Of a DNA stretch of 64,000 nucleotides, positions 9,510-20,215 are shown one piece after another; position 1 is the first letter of the stretch, and each line of letters opens with the position of its first letter. Below the pieces are notes generated by a model. The model was not told the DNA's origin and did no database searches. It worked only from the letters and a program-made list of their open reading frames with translations. Position numbers and translations under genes: made by a program. The stretch spans positions 1-64,000 of the IMG/VR virus record IMGVR_UViG_3300035698_010479; one strand, given 5' to 3'.

Positions 9510-10634
9510 ATGGACGAAATAATACTATATAAAAAATCAACAAAATCAGATAAGATACAATTTTGGGCAGTAAGTGTAGAGATGTCGGAAAATTTAAACA
9601 GTGCTATACTTGTTAGAAAAGCAGGTTTTTTAAATTTTAAAACAAAAGTAAATTATAAGGTAATTGATAAAGGAACAAACATAGGTAAGAAGAACGAAAA
9701 AACTCCCTATGAGCTAGCAGTGTTTAAAGCTAATAAAATGATAAAAGATCATTATGAGGATAATTATCATTTTTCATTGGATGATATTAATAAACCTATA
9801 GAGTTTATAAAACCAATGTTAGCAGAGCCATTTGACATTACAAAAATAATATTTCCATGTTATGCCCAGCCTAAAATGAATGGTGTTCGTTGTATCTCTT
9901 TAAGACATTTAAATGATCCTACCATGTGGTCAAGGCAGCGAAATGACTACACTGCAATAAAAGAAATAAAACAAGCTGTTGGTAAATATTTTGGGGTTAA
10001 CTCACCAGATGGCGAAATATATAATCCAGACGCAACGTTCCAAGAAATTATAAGGGCAGTAAAGAAAAGAAGCGAAGGCACTAAACATTTAAAAATGTGG
10101 ATATATGATCTAGCTATTCCTGACGTACCATTTTCAGAGCGTAATGCAATGATTATGGATATCTTTGAAACACAAAAAGATAATGGTATACTAGATTACT
10201 TTTTTGAAGTACCTACTGTAACGGTAAATTCATTTGAAGAACTGGATGCTTTACATGATAAATGGGTATTAGAAGGTTTCGAAGGCTTAATCCTTAGATT
10301 ACCTTCAGGACTCTACGAGTTCAACGAAAGAACTTTTAGTTTAATGAAATATAAAAAGTTTGTAGATGAAGAATTTGATATAATTGATTATGCGTGTGAA
10401 GTATGGTACGATGCTTTAAACGAAACATTTAGAGAATTAGTTATATGGAAATGTGTAACAGACGCCGGTGCAACTTTCGATGTTAGACCTGCTGGGTCTT
10501 TTTTATTGAGAGAAAAAGCATATAAAACTGCAGAAAAACAAATAGGTAAACCTTATACTGTTAAATTTCAAAACTATTCAGATGATGGTATACCGATATT
10601 TCCAATAGGACTAGCAATGAGAGATTACGAGTAA
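9510..10634 (+). CDS. ATP-dependent DNA ligase
   Basis: KPMLA, QPKMNGVR (motif I), DGEIY, IYD, EGLILR, MKYK, PIFP. Confidence 0.92.
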   Translation: MDEIILYKKSTKSDKIQFWAVSVEMSENLNSAILVRKAGFLNFKTKVNYKVIDKGTNIGKKNEKTPYELAVFKANKMIKDHYEDNYHFSLDDINKPIEFIKPMLAEPFDITKIIFPCYAQPKMNGVRCISLRHLNDPTMWSRQRNDYTAIKEIKQAVGKYFGVNSPDGEIYNPDATFQEIIRAVKKRSEGTKHLKMWIYDLAIPDVPFSERNAMIMDIFETQKDNGILDYFFEVPTVTVNSFEELDALHDKWVLEGFEGLILRLPSGLYEFNERTFSLMKYKKFVDEEFDIIDYACEVWYDALNETFRELVIWKCVTDAGATFDVRPAGSFLLREKAYKTAEKQIGKPYTVKFQNYSDDGIPIFPIGLAMRDYE

Positions 10635-10740
10635 AATAAGTAAAGTGAGAGGAAAGTACTGGCCTTTTATATTATCTTTAATAGTAAAAATAATATAAGT
10701 AGATTCAATTATCGCTTCTCTCAAAACATAGGTAATTAAC

Positions 10741-12069
10741 ATGATTATAGAACAAGAAATTATTGAAAGATTGTCTGGGGCAGGCTACCAAATTTTTATT
10801 GTTGGCGGCGCAATTAGAGACGAAATTTTAGGATTTGAACCACATGACATTGACTTTGCTACCAACGCAAAACCAGATGAAATTATACCATTGTTTAATG
10901 ATAAACATATTGGTATAGTTGGTAAGAGCTTTAAAGTAGTTTTTGTAGAAGGAGTACAAATAGCTACATTTAGAAAAGATACACAGAAGGTATTCTTCAG
11001 TTCCAAATATTGTGAACCTGAATATGCAGACACTATACAAGATGATTTAGCAAGAAGAGATCTTACAATTAACGCTATGGCTAAAAATGCTGTAACTGGA
11101 GAATTCTTTGATCTTTATAGTGGTGTAGAAGATTTAAAAGGAGGTATAATACGTTTAGTAGGAGATCCTATTGAACGTTTACGCCAAGATCCTAATAGAA
11201 TAGTACGGGCTTGTAGAATATTGGCAAAGACTGAGGGATACTTCGCTAAAGAAACTTATGCGGCACTATGTGAGTGTGCTATCTTTATAAAGCGCCACGT
11301 AGAGGCTGAGCGGCTCTGTGAAGAGATTTTGAAAGCTATGGAGGTCAAGACACCCTCATTGTTTTTTAGTGCTCTACACACAATTGGTGCCTTAAAATAC
11401 ATATTCCCTGCAATGGATGACTGCTTCTCACATATTGGTGGTCAATTTCATAAAGAAACAGTAGGTGAGCATTTAATGATGACAGGTGATATTATCTCAC
11501 CTAAATTTCCTATTCTACGGTTAGCTGGTTATCTTCACGACATTGGTAAGCCAAAAGCTTATGAGAAGGAGGGTGATGGTAGTTTCAAAGCTCACGAAGC
11601 TTACGGTGTAAACTTTGCCAGAGGATACTTGAAAAAGTTAAAATTTCCTAATAATATAACAAAAGAAATTCTTGGGTTGATTGACGCTCATATGAGAATA
11701 TGCAGAGGATTGACACCAAAGGGTACAAGAAGACTAAGAGTATATTTAGCTGATTCTGATGTAGACCCTAGAAGCTTTTTAAGATTAAAAATAGCTGATA
11801 GGTCGGCAAACATGTATAGATCTCCAAGCGAGATAGCACCTATAAAAGACTTAATAGTTGGTGCAGGTATCCGCTCTGTTGAACAGCCGGTATTGTCATT
11901 AAAAGATTTAGCTATGTCTGGTGGGGATTTAATTACCGAATTTAATATTCAGCCAGGGCCTGTAGTAGGAAGAATTCATAGAGCACTACTAGAATTTATA
12001 GTAGAAGAAGGTGAGGAGTTTAACACATATGAACAACTCAAGAACAAAGCAGAAGAGTTGTTAAAATAA
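10741..12069 (+). CDS. cca: CCA-adding enzyme / tRNA nucleotidyltransferase with HD domain
   Basis: VGGAIRD, DIDFAT, DLARRDLTINAMA, DPNRIVR, LHDIGK, PGPVVG. Confidence 0.9.
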   Translation: MIIEQEIIERLSGAGYQIFIVGGAIRDEILGFEPHDIDFATNAKPDEIIPLFNDKHIGIVGKSFKVVFVEGVQIATFRKDTQKVFFSSKYCEPEYADTIQDDLARRDLTINAMAKNAVTGEFFDLYSGVEDLKGGIIRLVGDPIERLRQDPNRIVRACRILAKTEGYFAKETYAALCECAIFIKRHVEAERLCEEILKAMEVKTPSLFFSALHTIGALKYIFPAMDDCFSHIGGQFHKETVGEHLMMTGDIISPKFPILRLAGYLHDIGKPKAYEKEGDGSFKAHEAYGVNFARGYLKKLKFPNNITKEILGLIDAHMRICRGLTPKGTRRLRVYLADSDVDPRSFLRLKIADRSANMYRSPSEIAPIKDLIVGAGIRSVEQPVLSLKDLAMSGGDLITEFNIQPGPVVGRIHRALLEFIVEEGEEFNTYEQLKNKAEELLK

Positions 12070-12129
12070 TAACTACTGTGTGGGTAGGAAATATTACTAC
12101 TCACACAGTATAGCAAAGGAGATATATAG

Positions 12130-12465
12130 ATGGAAGAGAATTCAAAAGTACTATCAGATCCACAATTTCAGGGTTTTACAGAACAAGTTAAGGAATCAAC
12201 TAATAGAATGTTACATAATTTTATAACCATGTTCCTTTTTATTGGCGTATATGAAAAAACAGATGATGTCACAAAAAAACATATACAAGATTTTTTAACA
12301 GTTATTCAAGATGACATTAAAACAATGCATATTAAGAAGTCAACAATAGCATTTGATCTTTCTGAATATCAACTTGACTTACTTAACAAAGAAATAGATA
12401 CTATATTAAAAGGTTGCCTTGAACCAATAACTCGTATGATAAAAAAAGATAAAGTGAAGGATTAA
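12130..12465 (+). CDS. hypothetical protein
   Basis: AGGAG RBS; 111 aa. Confidence 0.55.
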   Translation: MEENSKVLSDPQFQGFTEQVKESTNRMLHNFITMFLFIGVYEKTDDVTKKHIQDFLTVIQDDIKTMHIKKSTIAFDLSEYQLDLLNKEIDTILKGCLEPITRMIKKDKVKD

Positions 12466-12466
12466 C

Positions 12467-12985
12467 ATGGTAAATTATTTCTTTACTGCAGATGAACATT
12501 TCGGACATACAAATATTATTAAGTATACTAATAGACCTTTTAGTAACGTTGACGAAATGAATCATACAATAATATCAAAAAACAATGAAGTAGTTACTAA
12601 TTCTGATGTTGTAATACATGTAGGTGATTTTACATTGGCAAGTAAAGATTTTGCCGCTACCATGATTAAACAACTGAATGGTCAACATATATTCATTGAT
12701 GGCAATCATGATTATTGGTTAGGTGGTAAGAGTAAACAGGTTTGGGAAAAAACGATTAAGGGCCAACATATAGTGTGTTGTCATTTTCCTATGTATAGTT
12801 GGCCAAGATCACATTTTGGTAGCTGGTTATGTTATGGTCATCATCATGGGAACTTCTCAGTACCGTGTAAGGCAGTAGACGTTGGAGTAGATACAAATAA
12901 TTTTTACCCATATTCGTTCGAACAGTTGTCAAAAGTAATGGGAGAAAAACCGATTACTCCTGGTACAATAACCAAGAAGTATTAA
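12467..12985 (+). CDS. metallophosphoesterase
   Basis: ADEHFGH, HVGDF, GNHD, CHFP, YGHHH, DVGVD. Confidence 0.9.
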   Translation: MVNYFFTADEHFGHTNIIKYTNRPFSNVDEMNHTIISKNNEVVTNSDVVIHVGDFTLASKDFAATMIKQLNGQHIFIDGNHDYWLGGKSKQVWEKTIKGQHIVCCHFPMYSWPRSHFGSWLCYGHHHGNFSVPCKAVDVGVDTNNFYPYSFEQLSKVMGEKPITPGTITKKY

Positions 12986-13079
12986 AAATAAGAATTGTGG
13001 TGTTTTGGGGGATAGTGGTACTGGTTGTTTGGGATGGGTACTGCTAAAGTTATCAAAATTAAAAGGGTTGTTTATTACA

Positions 13080-13886
13080 ATGAAAGCCAAATTACTAACG
13101 GGTGGGTATAGGGTGGGTAGTGTATATGGTGGTGCAGGGGTATATTGGGCGTTTGTAAAAAAAACAGACGAAGGTTATATAGCACTTCATGACACGATGT
13201 CATGTAAAGATTATTCTCATGAAATTATATGTAACACAGTACATAATGCAGTAATATTATCAAATGGTGTAGCAAAAGTACTACCTATTGATTTAGAAAA
13301 ATTACAAATGTTACTATGTGTTAATTGTAAAGATAATAGTTTAGATACAAAAAAAGATGAATGTAAGGAAATATTATACGCTGCAAAAAAACTATTCAGT
13401 GATATAGAAACAGCATGTAAATTACCAAAAACTTTAATACAAGAAGTTGAACTGGTTGGTGGAGCTGAACAAACAAATAAAAGATATTTCATTATTACTA
13501 TGAAAAAACATATTGTAGAATCACCAGTTCTACTACATTCATTGCTTGCTTTACTTAGAACCGCTATAGTTGTTAGAATCGTTCTCACAAAAGAGAATGT
13601 AGTAAATAGCTTTGAAAATAAATATGCTAAAGACTCTGGCATATTATATAAACTATTTAAATCTGGTACACTTGAACGCTTATTAAGTGAACATAAGAAT
13701 ATATTCACAGAAGTAATTGACTTAAAAAAAGTGTACCCTGAAAAAAGTGAGTGTGGTTGTAGTTATCACAGTGGTTTTGGTCCCGTAGCACTGTATTCCA
13801 GACATCTATGTTCTGTCTGGTACAGTAAAATTTTATATAAATTAATTGATGATAATAACTTGGATTTCAAAGATGCTAGACAATAA
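13080..13886 (+). CDS. hypothetical protein, paralogous to both halves of 15859..17445
   Basis: SCKDY, SPVLLHSLLALLR, YHSGFG; start moved to ATG 13080. Confidence 0.65.
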   Translation: MKAKLLTGGYRVGSVYGGAGVYWAFVKKTDEGYIALHDTMSCKDYSHEIICNTVHNAVILSNGVAKVLPIDLEKLQMLLCVNCKDNSLDTKKDECKEILYAAKKLFSDIETACKLPKTLIQEVELVGGAEQTNKRYFIITMKKHIVESPVLLHSLLALLRTAIVVRIVLTKENVVNSFENKYAKDSGILYKLFKSGTLERLLSEHKNIFTEVIDLKKVYPEKSECGCSYHSGFGPVALYSRHLCSVWYSKILYKLIDDNNLDFKDARQ

Positions 13887-14709
13887 TGATTTTAAATATA
13901 TTTTGCCAAAAAATCCACCATATAGCGTAACTTATGGTTTATACACAGAACTTACTAAATACCCATGGAATAGTATTAAAAACCCATACGTTGACCTTAC
14001 ACCTTTTACAATGAAGGGTACTGCGAATATGCACGTAACAGTACAAAATACATGTTTTTCCAACTTGGGTTATACCTTGAAACAAAAAGGATGTGATACT
14101 CATAACAGAATTGTATATACATTTGAGCCACATAAAATTATTACAAAACAAGAGAGTTTACGTTGGTTGATCTTGGCAAAAAAGAATAAGCTTCTTCCAA
14201 GATATGCTAATGTAAAAAGAATAGTAGAGAAAAATAATGTAATTTTTGATATAAGTAACATTAATTTTAACCTATTGTACACATATCTTGCCACTGTGCG
14301 GATGATAGTAGAAGAACCTAACTTTGTAAGAAATGCATTAGTACTTATTGATAAGTACAAAGTAAATTATTTTGTGGCAATAGTAGCAGCGTCATACTTA
14401 GGTTTCCATAATTTTGGACACTCATTTTTTAGTCCAACAAATACTTATCCAGCAGTAACTAAAGCAAATTCACTTAATAGGATACAGCTGCGTGTTATAC
14501 TTGGTATGTATAGGTTTATACAAGCTAATGGACCAGATAATGCGAAAAATAGTAAACATTTTTCAGCGACAAGTAAGATATCTAGTATGTCATCTATTAA
14601 AAAAGAACTAGAACTTAAAAAATTAATAGGCTTGAATGTAGATAGTGTACTATATGCTAAAACTGACACAGATGCTGAAAAAGAACTAGAAGCTATATGG
14701 GGTAAATAA
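13873..14709 (+). CDS. hypothetical protein
   Basis: Long ORF overlapping both neighbours; start moved to ATG 13873. Confidence 0.6.
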   Translation: MLDNNDFKYILPKNPPYSVTYGLYTELTKYPWNSIKNPYVDLTPFTMKGTANMHVTVQNTCFSNLGYTLKQKGCDTHNRIVYTFEPHKIITKQESLRWLILAKKNKLLPRYANVKRIVEKNNVIFDISNINFNLLYTYLATVRMIVEEPNFVRNALVLIDKYKVNYFVAIVAASYLGFHNFGHSFFSPTNTYPAVTKANSLNRIQLRVILGMYRFIQANGPDNAKNSKHFSATSKISSMSSIKKELELKKLIGLNVDSVLYAKTDTDAEKELEAIWGK

Positions 14710-15167
14710 TGTTTAAAGAAGATTTGAAACAAATTAGAGTCGGTACAACCAAAGTAATATGTAAGGATTATGATGAAAATCCTAAGTACGGTTGGTCTGA
14801 TGGTGACATGGATGAAATGATAGGCAAGGAGTTGATAGTACGTGATCTAGCTATAGACGGAGTTATTTTAAGTCATCCTAATGGACGCACCTATACATTT
14901 CATCACTCAATAATAGAGATGGTGGACAACCCAGCGTGTTTTTTTGAGACAGTCATTAACAATACTAAATTAAACTGTATTAACAGTATAGATTTATCTT
15001 TTTTTGAACGTCATTGTATTTATGATGACTATCAAAACATTAAAAGATTAAATAAATCAAAAAGAACTTTGGAATTAACGGCAGAAATGTTAAAAACAAT
15101 TCAACAGCAATGTCCTAGAGTTTTAGGTACTATGTTAAGTAATAACAAATTAAGGAAAATGGGCTAA
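14709..15167 (+). CDS. hypothetical protein
   Basis: 152 aa; start overlaps upstream stop. Confidence 0.55.
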   Translation: MFKEDLKQIRVGTTKVICKDYDENPKYGWSDGDMDEMIGKELIVRDLAIDGVILSHPNGRTYTFHHSIIEMVDNPACFFETVINNTKLNCINSIDLSFFERHCIYDDYQNIKRLNKSKRTLELTAEMLKTIQQQCPRVLGTMLSNNKLRKMG

Positions 15168-15422
15168 AAAATGCATGATGAAATGGACTATGAAGAGGAT
15201 ACTAGCAAACGATATGAAATTAACAAAAAATATCCTAAAGCTAGAGACCAAGAAAAAAAAATCAGAAATCCAGTTAGCAAGGGAAGTGTACGGTCACAAG
15301 GTAAAGAGGCATTAAAAAGATATGTTGATATTTACACTATAGGTAATGTAGATAATGAAGACATGGATGACTTTGACTACTTTGATAATGGTGAATAGAA
15401 CTGTTTAAAGAGGGAATCTGAA

Positions 15423-15854
15423 ATGTATGAACTGCTTTCTGCACTTGATATAAAAGAGTTTAGAGACACTGTATTGCCAATAGTAAAAAGAGATACAAAA
15501 ATACCACAAGTGAAAGAAGAAAAACCATTTAAAGTATTTGTTGGTAAACACAACAGAATAGCACAAGAAGAATCTGTTATACTAAGTGGTATTCTTACTA
15601 CTCATATGAAAACACTAATTATAAAATTCTTAATACCAAAAGCTGAAGATCGTATAAAACACGAACAGGGGGCTTATTTAACATTCTGTGAAATGTTATT
15701 AGAAAATTTTTCTCTTATGGTAAAAGATAAGCGTCTTGAATCATTATTGGTACATACAAATGACAATACAGTGTTGGAAGCGTTATTAAAAAATAATTTT
15801 GAGATAACAAAAACAAAAAATAATTTCTATAAGGCATTTAAATTACTAAATTAA
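15423..15854 (+). CDS. hypothetical protein
   Basis: 143 aa; GAGG upstream. Confidence 0.55.
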   Translation: MYELLSALDIKEFRDTVLPIVKRDTKIPQVKEEKPFKVFVGKHNRIAQEESVILSGILTTHMKTLIIKFLIPKAEDRIKHEQGAYLTFCEMLLENFSLMVKDKRLESLLVHTNDNTVLEALLKNNFEITKTKNNFYKAFKLLN

Positions 15855-15858
15855 TATT

Positions 15859-17445
15859 ATGAAACAATTAAAAATAAAAATTATCCCGTTCGAAACAGAC
15901 AAGCATTTGAGTGAGATTTATCAGACATCTAAAATTACGTTTGCTTTTTTGTCAGCACCCAGAGATGGTAGTATGCAATGTCATCAATTTGTAAAGTGTA
16001 GGGATTTTTTACAAGATGCTATACGGGCACAGATAACCAAAAAACCAGGAAAAATTTATGGTTTTGAGTTTGATAGTACTAAAAATCCACCAATTGATAA
16101 CAGAAAAACTAGGATGATAGTACGTAGTACGATGCCCGAAAAAGATTTTAGTGTTGTTATGGAAAGAGCAGAAAAGTTACTACATCATTACGAGCATATG
16201 GCAGGTGTGGTTGCTTCTTCTGTGTACACGTATAATTCCGGTTATGTACTATGTAGTTCTAATTTTTGGATGTACTCACCAGTATTAATTTCACTTTACA
16301 CACTGATTATACGCCTAGCAGAATACGATATTAATTTTACAAAATTTGATAATGCAAGTTTATTAACTGCATTTGAATTATTGGCTGCTTCGGATAGTAC
16401 ATCAAATGAAGTAGAATACCTTAGAAAAATTCAAAAATACATACATAAAATTGTAACCAACTATCACTATGTATTTGAAAAAGATAAGAACAATAATTAT
16501 GACTCTCTATATTTTAAAGATATAACTATTTCATCATTTCACAATGACTCAGGTGTAGTAGGCCTATGTACAGCTATTATTAAATCCAAAATACAATTTG
16601 ATAGTTATACAAGACTTCAAGAAGCATTAACGAATGACATAGATAGAATTAATGACTTACCAGTAGTTGTATGTGGTAAGTATGGTGCTGTTGGTAGTTA
16701 CTATGCACCAAACAGTTGGCAATTCAGTGTTGCAAACTCAACAAACGAGCACATGTCTGCCGTAATTAACTTTTCCAAATGTAGAGAGCAACTAACAAAA
16801 CTGTTTGGTAAAATTGTGAAAGATACTACATTCGAAAAATTAAGTGTATTGGTTGGGATTGATGGTATTTTTGACGATGCACAGAGATTACTGAAACATA
16901 AAAAAGAAATGTTCTTTGCAAAAAGAGTATTGAACTTCATAGAAGCAAAGCATGGTATAAAGAAAACAACTATTACTACAATATGTTTAAAAGTTATAGG
17001 TACTAGGCGTAAACATTATGCCTGGTTATTGACTAGTAGTCTTGAATGGTCTAATAGTCCAGTAATGCTAAGTTTGTACGCTCTTATTATCCGAGCAGCT
17101 GCTAATTATTTCTCTTATTCAGGTATTGAATATAAAGAAATAAATGAAAAGAACTTTAAAACAATATGTAAATTTAGACGTACAGGCTCTTTACAAACCA
17201 GTAAAGATTGGGTATTACTAGATTCATTTAATAAACAAATAAATAACATAATTGAAAAAAGGAAAGAGCTGTTTGTTGATAACAATATTACAATACAAGA
17301 TAACTACTTTGTATCTAAAGAAAAAGCAGCAACCCTTGTATACGCTAATGCTACATTTAGTACTATTGGTGTGGCATCTTTACTAAATAAATGTCATATT
17401 GACACAAAACTACAAGAAAAATGTATGGAGTTAAAGGTATGTTAA
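15859..17445 (+). CDS. hypothetical protein with an internal tandem domain duplication
   Basis: KCRDFL...SPVLISLYTLIIR repeated as KCREQL...SPVMLSLYALIIR. Confidence 0.7.
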   Translation: MKQLKIKIIPFETDKHLSEIYQTSKITFAFLSAPRDGSMQCHQFVKCRDFLQDAIRAQITKKPGKIYGFEFDSTKNPPIDNRKTRMIVRSTMPEKDFSVVMERAEKLLHHYEHMAGVVASSVYTYNSGYVLCSSNFWMYSPVLISLYTLIIRLAEYDINFTKFDNASLLTAFELLAASDSTSNEVEYLRKIQKYIHKIVTNYHYVFEKDKNNNYDSLYFKDITISSFHNDSGVVGLCTAIIKSKIQFDSYTRLQEALTNDIDRINDLPVVVCGKYGAVGSYYAPNSWQFSVANSTNEHMSAVINFSKCREQLTKLFGKIVKDTTFEKLSVLVGIDGIFDDAQRLLKHKKEMFFAKRVLNFIEAKHGIKKTTITTICLKVIGTRRKHYAWLLTSSLEWSNSPVMLSLYALIIRAAANYFSYSGIEYKEINEKNFKTICKFRRTGSLQTSKDWVLLDSFNKQINNIIEKRKELFVDNNITIQDNYFVSKEKAATLVYANATFSTIGVASLLNKCHIDTKLQEKCMELKVC

Positions 17446-18344
17446 AACGTAATACTATTGGTACAGACCCTGAATTTTTTATTCGGTCTAGAGATGGTAA
17501 ATTTCTTAATGCCGAGGCAATGTTTCCTGGCACAAAAGATGAACCTTTTCCTATGAATAGTGGTGCAGGACTACAAACAGATAATGTAGCTGTAGAATTT
17601 GCCAGTCCAGTCGGTGAAAATGGGGCAGATTTGGTAGAAAAACTTAGGAATACTTTCAAAGAGTTATTTCTTATGATGCCAAAAGATACAGTGCTGGATC
17701 TATCACCTGCAGCAATATTCGATTTTGACCAGCTGCAAACTGAGCAAGCACAATTATTTGGGTGTTCTCCTAGTTATTGTGCTTGGGATTTAGTAGAAAA
17801 TGAACGCCCAAATGCTACAATAAGTAATCTTCGTAGTGCTGGAGCCCATATTCATATTGGCAAAGCAGACGGCGATGGTAATGACTTCTTACTCGATCCT
17901 TACGGTAAGATTAATACTGTCCGTATGTGTGATGCTCTTCATGGTATTATAAGTGTTGTATTAGACACATCGAAAGAGAGTGTAATGCGACGAGAGTTGT
18001 ATGGAAAAGCAGGCGAACATCGTCCAAAAGATTACGGTGTTGAATACAGAACACTATCACCATTTTGGATGAAAAGTCCTAATTTAGTAATGTTGATCGA
18101 CTCCTTAACATCAGATGCGTTGAAGTTGGTTAGGGAAGAACGGCACGAAGAACTTATTACAGATATTGGCGGAGGGGATGTTATTAGAAGTATTATAAAC
18201 ACCGGCAATGTCGAAAAAGCGAGGGAAGTTGTAGAAAATATTCTCTTTAACTATATGTCTAAAGATTCTATATATTTTTTCAAAGAATGTAGTGATGCTA
18301 TAGCCGCATATGATTTTAAAAAAGAGTGGCAATTAACAGTATAA
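17439..18344 (+). CDS. phiEco32-like COOH-NH2 ligase type 2
   Basis: IGTDPEFF, DNVAVEF, FGCSP, RSAGAHIHIG, RRELYGKAG, YGVEYRTLS. Confidence 0.88.
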   Translation: MLKRNTIGTDPEFFIRSRDGKFLNAEAMFPGTKDEPFPMNSGAGLQTDNVAVEFASPVGENGADLVEKLRNTFKELFLMMPKDTVLDLSPAAIFDFDQLQTEQAQLFGCSPSYCAWDLVENERPNATISNLRSAGAHIHIGKADGDGNDFLLDPYGKINTVRMCDALHGIISVVLDTSKESVMRRELYGKAGEHRPKDYGVEYRTLSPFWMKSPNLVMLIDSLTSDALKLVREERHEELITDIGGGDVIRSIINTGNVEKAREVVENILFNYMSKDSIYFFKECSDAIAAYDFKKEWQLTV

Positions 18345-18563
18345 ACTAGAAAAGGTACTCTAATTAAATTTAGGGTACCTTGTCATAGAGGAATTAAATA
18401 TATGACGAGGTTAGTTACAGATGCCCTGAGTGTGGTTGGGGGATATGAAGGCGAGACTGCTAATGTCCAAAATGTAGTTGTAAAGATCTTATAAATAAAA
18501 ATTAGTAAGCATTATACCGTAGTCAAAATAAATCATAAATACAAAACAACAAAGGGAAAAAAA

Positions 18564-19343
18564 ATGAAAATTGCATTACCAATCTTCGATGGCGATAACA
18601 GACTAACACTAAACACCGCCTATGTACAATATGTAGCCAACGCTGGTTTTGAGCCTATTCTTGTTACAGGCGCTAATAACTTGCAAGAAATTGCAAAGAT
18701 GTGTGATGGCCTGTTACTACCTGGAGGTATTGATGTAGAGCCTACATTCTACGGGGAGGATAATTTCGGTAGTGAAGGATGTGACCCAGAAAAAGATGAT
18801 TTTGAAAGAAAACTTCTTCACGCTTTTGCAGCAGAAGGTAAAAAGATTTTTGGTATTTGTAGAGGACATCAGTTAATAGTAAAAGAATTTCTTCACATGT
18901 TTCATAAACAATGCGCAGGTTTGTCCTTTTGGCAGCATATTAATAATCATTCATTAGCGCAAGCTAGAACAGCAAAAAGGTCTACACCTACTCACAGCGT
19001 TACTGTAAATCCTCTTCTGCTTTATGGTGTACAAGGCGAAAAGAAACTCAGTACTATATTTGTGAATTCAATGCATCATCAAGCTTTACTATCCGATGGC
19101 CCTAAAAATCTTACTAAAATTATTGATGCCCACAATTATATTAAATGTACTGGTGTAACTGACTTCGGTGCTCCTGCTGCAAAAGATAACGATTGGTTAG
19201 TTGTTGAAAGTGTAGATGTGATGCTTAACGGTGTACATATGCGCGGTGTACAATGGCATCCAGAAGAACTGATGGATATTGGCTTGTTAACTCATTATTT
19301 TGCAGGAGTCGCTAAAGCGGATGGAGTCAAATTATACAGGTAA
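18564..19343 (+). CDS. class I glutamine amidotransferase (peptidase C26 / gamma-glutamyl-GABA hydrolase-like)
   Basis: LLLPGGIDV, GICRGHQ, VNSMHHQ, GVQWHPE. Confidence 0.9.
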   Translation: MKIALPIFDGDNRLTLNTAYVQYVANAGFEPILVTGANNLQEIAKMCDGLLLPGGIDVEPTFYGEDNFGSEGCDPEKDDFERKLLHAFAAEGKKIFGICRGHQLIVKEFLHMFHKQCAGLSFWQHINNHSLAQARTAKRSTPTHSVTVNPLLLYGVQGEKKLSTIFVNSMHHQALLSDGPKNLTKIIDAHNYIKCTGVTDFGAPAAKDNDWLVVESVDVMLNGVHMRGVQWHPEELMDIGLLTHYFAGVAKADGVKLYR

Positions 19344-19565
19344 GATATTTTGGCAAGTGAATGTGTTACTAGGTAATGATTTAGAGCATTCTCGTAAAGT
19401 AACAAGGGTGGATTTAAAAAACTTTATAGCGCAAGCTCCGGCAGAATTACGCAATGTAAAGGATATGGATATAATAAATAAATATGTAATACCTTACGTA
19501 GAAAGTATTTATGCTGTATATCAAGCACCCATAAAATATATAATAGTGAGGAAAGCATCCGCAAT

Positions 19566-19946
19566 ATGACAATACTTAAAGTATTTGTGTACGGAACTTT
19601 GAAAGTAGGAGGCAGATTTTCTACTCGTTTCGATACAGTTAGAGTAAGTTCTAAGGAAGGTAAAATAAAGGGAAAGCTTTACGATTTAGGAAGTTTTCCA
19701 GCTGTAAAGCTAGAGGGTAATTCTGACGTTATAGGGGAAGTGCATACTTATTCAAATGCTGAAGAAGTTGAAAAAGCAATGGATAGGATTGAAGGCTATA
19801 ACGGTCCTGGAAAATCTTATAATCTCTACAATAAACGTACTGTACAAGTAAACACCTCAGATGGTGAAGAAACTTGTATAATGTATGAATTCGCACGTGA
19901 TATAGAAGCTAATAGGCAAATAAAAGAAGGAGTTTGGAAGATATGA
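19566..19946 (+). CDS. gamma-glutamylcyclotransferase (AIG2-like)
   Basis: VFVYGTLK, LYDLGSFPA, GEV, MDRIEG. Confidence 0.9.
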   Translation: MTILKVFVYGTLKVGGRFSTRFDTVRVSSKEGKIKGKLYDLGSFPAVKLEGNSDVIGEVHTYSNAEEVEKAMDRIEGYNGPGKSYNLYNKRTVQVNTSDGEETCIMYEFARDIEANRQIKEGVWKI

Positions 19947-20215
19947 AAATTGTTGGATTAACTACTGTATCCTTTGACGTAGCAGTTGGTAAACCTTTAA
20001 ATGAGGAACGTCCAGAGGAAGTAGTAAAAGAAATTAAATATTTTGAATCTTCTCAAGTATATAATAAGTTTATACATGAGCCTGTATATGTAGTAGAATC
20101 TACTAATACTACATTAAAGGTCTTAATACCAGTTAGGTCGGTAGACGGTATTGAGTTGGAAACAAAAAAAGATGAAGTAGTTAAACCTGATCTTTCAGTT
20201 ATTGGTGAATTATGA
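19934..20215 (+). CDS. hypothetical protein
   Basis: ORF coupled to both neighbours. Confidence 0.5.
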   Translation: MEDMKIVGLTTVSFDVAVGKPLNEERPEEVVKEIKYFESSQVYNKFIHEPVYVVESTNTTLKVLIPVRSVDGIELETKKDEVVKPDLSVIGEL

